Of a stretch of DNA of 64,000 nt, positions 62,458 to 64,000 are shown in pieces. The notes under the pieces are model-generated. The model saw only the letters and a program-made list of their open reading frames with translations. It searched no databases and had not been told where the DNA came from. The stretch is from contig JBDHZC010000002.1 in assembly GCA_039811685.1 (NCBI GenBank), positions 512,001 to 576,000 of the forward strand, written 5' to 3'. The position numbers and the translations under genes were made by a program. Within the stretch, counting starts at the first letter, position 1. Each line of letters starts with the position of its first letter. This DNA comes from Armatimonadota bacterium (GTDB taxonomy: Bacteria > Armatimonadota > UBA5829 > DSUL01).

Positions 62458-63333
62458 TTAGCGTGCTGGGAGATAGTTGTCTGCGAGCAATGTCAACAGG
62501 CGATCGAGATCGTCTTGACCATAGAATTCGATCTCGATTGTCCCTCTGTCTTCCCCAAAGCGAATCCGGACTCGAGTCTTGAGTATCTGCCTGAGCTGGT
62601 CTTCAACAGCCTTTAGATTCGGCTCGACGCCAGGGAGGGAATTTGTTTCACGTGAAACATTCCGGCCTGCCAGCGATGACGCCCAGCTTCTTGCGAGTCT
62701 CTCTGCCTCCCGAACTGAGCACTGCTTGCGGACAATTTCATCTGCTACCAGGGCTTGGCCAGCCGGGCTTACAATCGATAGTAATGCCCGCGCATGGCCT
62801 TCCGTCATTTCCCCTTTTTCAACGCGCGCCTGGATCGCTTCCGGCAATTGCAGCAATCGGAGGGTATTGGCAACCGCGGAACGAGACTTCCCCACACGCG
62901 CTGCTACGTCCTCTTGAGACAAGTCGAACTCGTCCATCAAACGCCGATAGGCTCGCGCAGCATCCAGCGGACTGATGTCTTCGCGCTGAATGTTCTCGAT
63001 CAGAGCAACTTCCAGCGACTCCTGGTCTGCCATCTCTCGCAGAATCACGGGAATGGACGTCAATCCGGCCGAGCGCGCCGCGCGCAGGCGTCTTTCGCCG
63101 GCCACCAATTCGTACCGACCTGCTCCGGCGCTTCGAACCACTATTGGCTGGATGACACCATGCTCACGGATGGACGCCGCAAGCTCTGCGATAGACCCTT
63201 CGTCAAGGTTCTTCCGAGGCTGATACGGGTTGAAAGAGATCGCACTCAGCTCGATCTCCTTTACCCCGGTCGCTGGAGTCCCGCTACCGGGAATAAGCGC
63301 CGAAAGTCCCTTACCCAGACCTTTCCTGTCCAA
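62458..63333 (-). CDS. parB: Chromosome partitioning protein ParB/Spo0J
   Basis: KGLGKGLSALI, NPYQPR, AGERRLRA, ENIQREDI, HTH GKSRSAVANTLRLL. Confidence 0.97.
   Translation of the reverse strand: MDRKGLGKGLSALIPGSGTPATGVKEIELSAISFNPYQPRKNLDEGSIAELAASIREHGVIQPIVVRSAGAGRYELVAGERRLRAARSAGLTSIPVILREMADQESLEVALIENIQREDISPLDAARAYRRLMDEFDLSQEDVAARVGKSRSAVANTLRLLQLPEAIQARVEKGEMTEGHARALLSIVSPAGQALVADEIVRKQCSVREAERLARSWASSLAGRNVSRETNSLPGVEPNLKAVEDQLRQILKTRVRIRFGEDRGTIEIEFYGQDDLDRLLTLLADNYLPAR
62644..62659. promoter_or_regulatory. parS: parS centromere-like site
   Basis: Exact palindrome TGTTTCACGTGAAACA, the canonical bacterial parS consensus. Confidence 0.9.
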
Positions 63334-64000
63334 ATCGAATCACCTCCGCTGCAAGTCGACGATAGCTCTCTGCGCCCTTAGACCGCGCATCATACAGTAC
63401 GATGGGCAACCCATGACTGGGCGCCTCCGACAGACGGACATTGCGCGGGACAACAGTCGGCGAGACCAGCTCACCAAAGTGATCTCGCACCTCTCGCACG
63501 ACATCCTGGCTCAGTTTCGTGCGGTAATCGAACATCGTCAGCACCACGCGAGCAATCTCCAAAGATGGATTCAGCTCACGCCGCACGAGTTCGACCGTCT
63601 TCAAGAGCTGGCTGATTCCCTCCAGCGCATAGTATTCACACTGGATCGGTATCAGCACATATCTCGCCGCCGTCAAAACATTGATGGTCAGTAAGCCAAG
63701 AGCTGGCGCGCAGTCCATGATAATCCAGCGATACCGCTCCTCAACCGAACTCAGGGCACTCTTCAGGCGAGACTCGCGTGAAATCAGCGAGATCAGCTCA
63801 ATATCCGCTCCTGCCAGATCCAGAGTCGACGGGACAACGTCCAGGTGAGGGATAGCCGAGGGCACGATTGCTTCCTCTAGCGGCCGACCACCCAGTATGG
63901 CGTCGTATACGGTTGTCTCAATGCGACTCTTATCAAGACCGATGCCGGTCGTCGCGTTGGCCTGTGGATCTACGTCAATCAACAGGACGTCTTCACCGGC
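63311..64000 (-). CDS. parA: ParA/Soj ATPase (5' end beyond the window)
   Basis: LLIDVDPQANAT, IMDCAPALG, PIQCEYYALEG, PRNVRLSEAPSHG; the frame is open to the window edge. Confidence 0.97.
   Translation of the reverse strand, partial: AGEDVLLIDVDPQANATTGIGLDKSRIETTVYDAILGGRPLEEAIVPSAIPHLDVVPSTLDLAGADIELISLISRESRLKSALSSVEERYRWIIMDCAPALGLLTINVLTAARYVLIPIQCEYYALEGISQLLKTVELVRRELNPSLEIARVVLTMFDYRTKLSQDVVREVRDHFGELVSPTVVPRNVRLSEAPSHGLPIVLYDARSKGAESYRRLAAEVIRFGQERSG

Overview
A 64 kb GC-rich chromosomal segment from a diderm bacterium. Armatimonadota is the likely phylum, inferred only from the gene mix: PEP-CTERM, prepilin/DG-CTERM proteins, KdsA, TamB and FlgM. The segment is probably close to the replication origin, since it ends in parA-parB with a perfect parS inside parB. 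From the left: an ECF sigma factor, TamB and ComF; then a ~22 kb cluster of large secreted modular proteins (6.5-28 kb); then carbohydrate/peptide modules (GH55-like, sugar ABC permeases, NlpC/P60, pilin-like protein, M14 peptidase, Sat, GH42-like, transglutaminase). A complete F0F1 ATP synthase operon follows, then flgM preceded by a c-di-GMP-I riboswitch, a CMD protein, kdsA, a second pilin-like gene, NfeD/slipin and ligA-vanZ-DUF1844-HIT-UDG. The strongest unexplained signal is that four otherwise unrelated signal-peptide proteins end in the same ~180-200 aa tandem OB-fold-like C-terminal module finishing R-x-R-x-x-x-D-I. They are a giant propeller/FN3 protein, a 14-blade propeller, a subtilase and a beta-helix protein. 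A homologous propeller in the same cluster carries PEP-CTERM instead. This module is a candidate lineage-specific surface sorting or anchoring signal. I saw no rRNA, tRNA, CRISPR array or mobile element. All calls come from reading motifs by eye; no searches were run.
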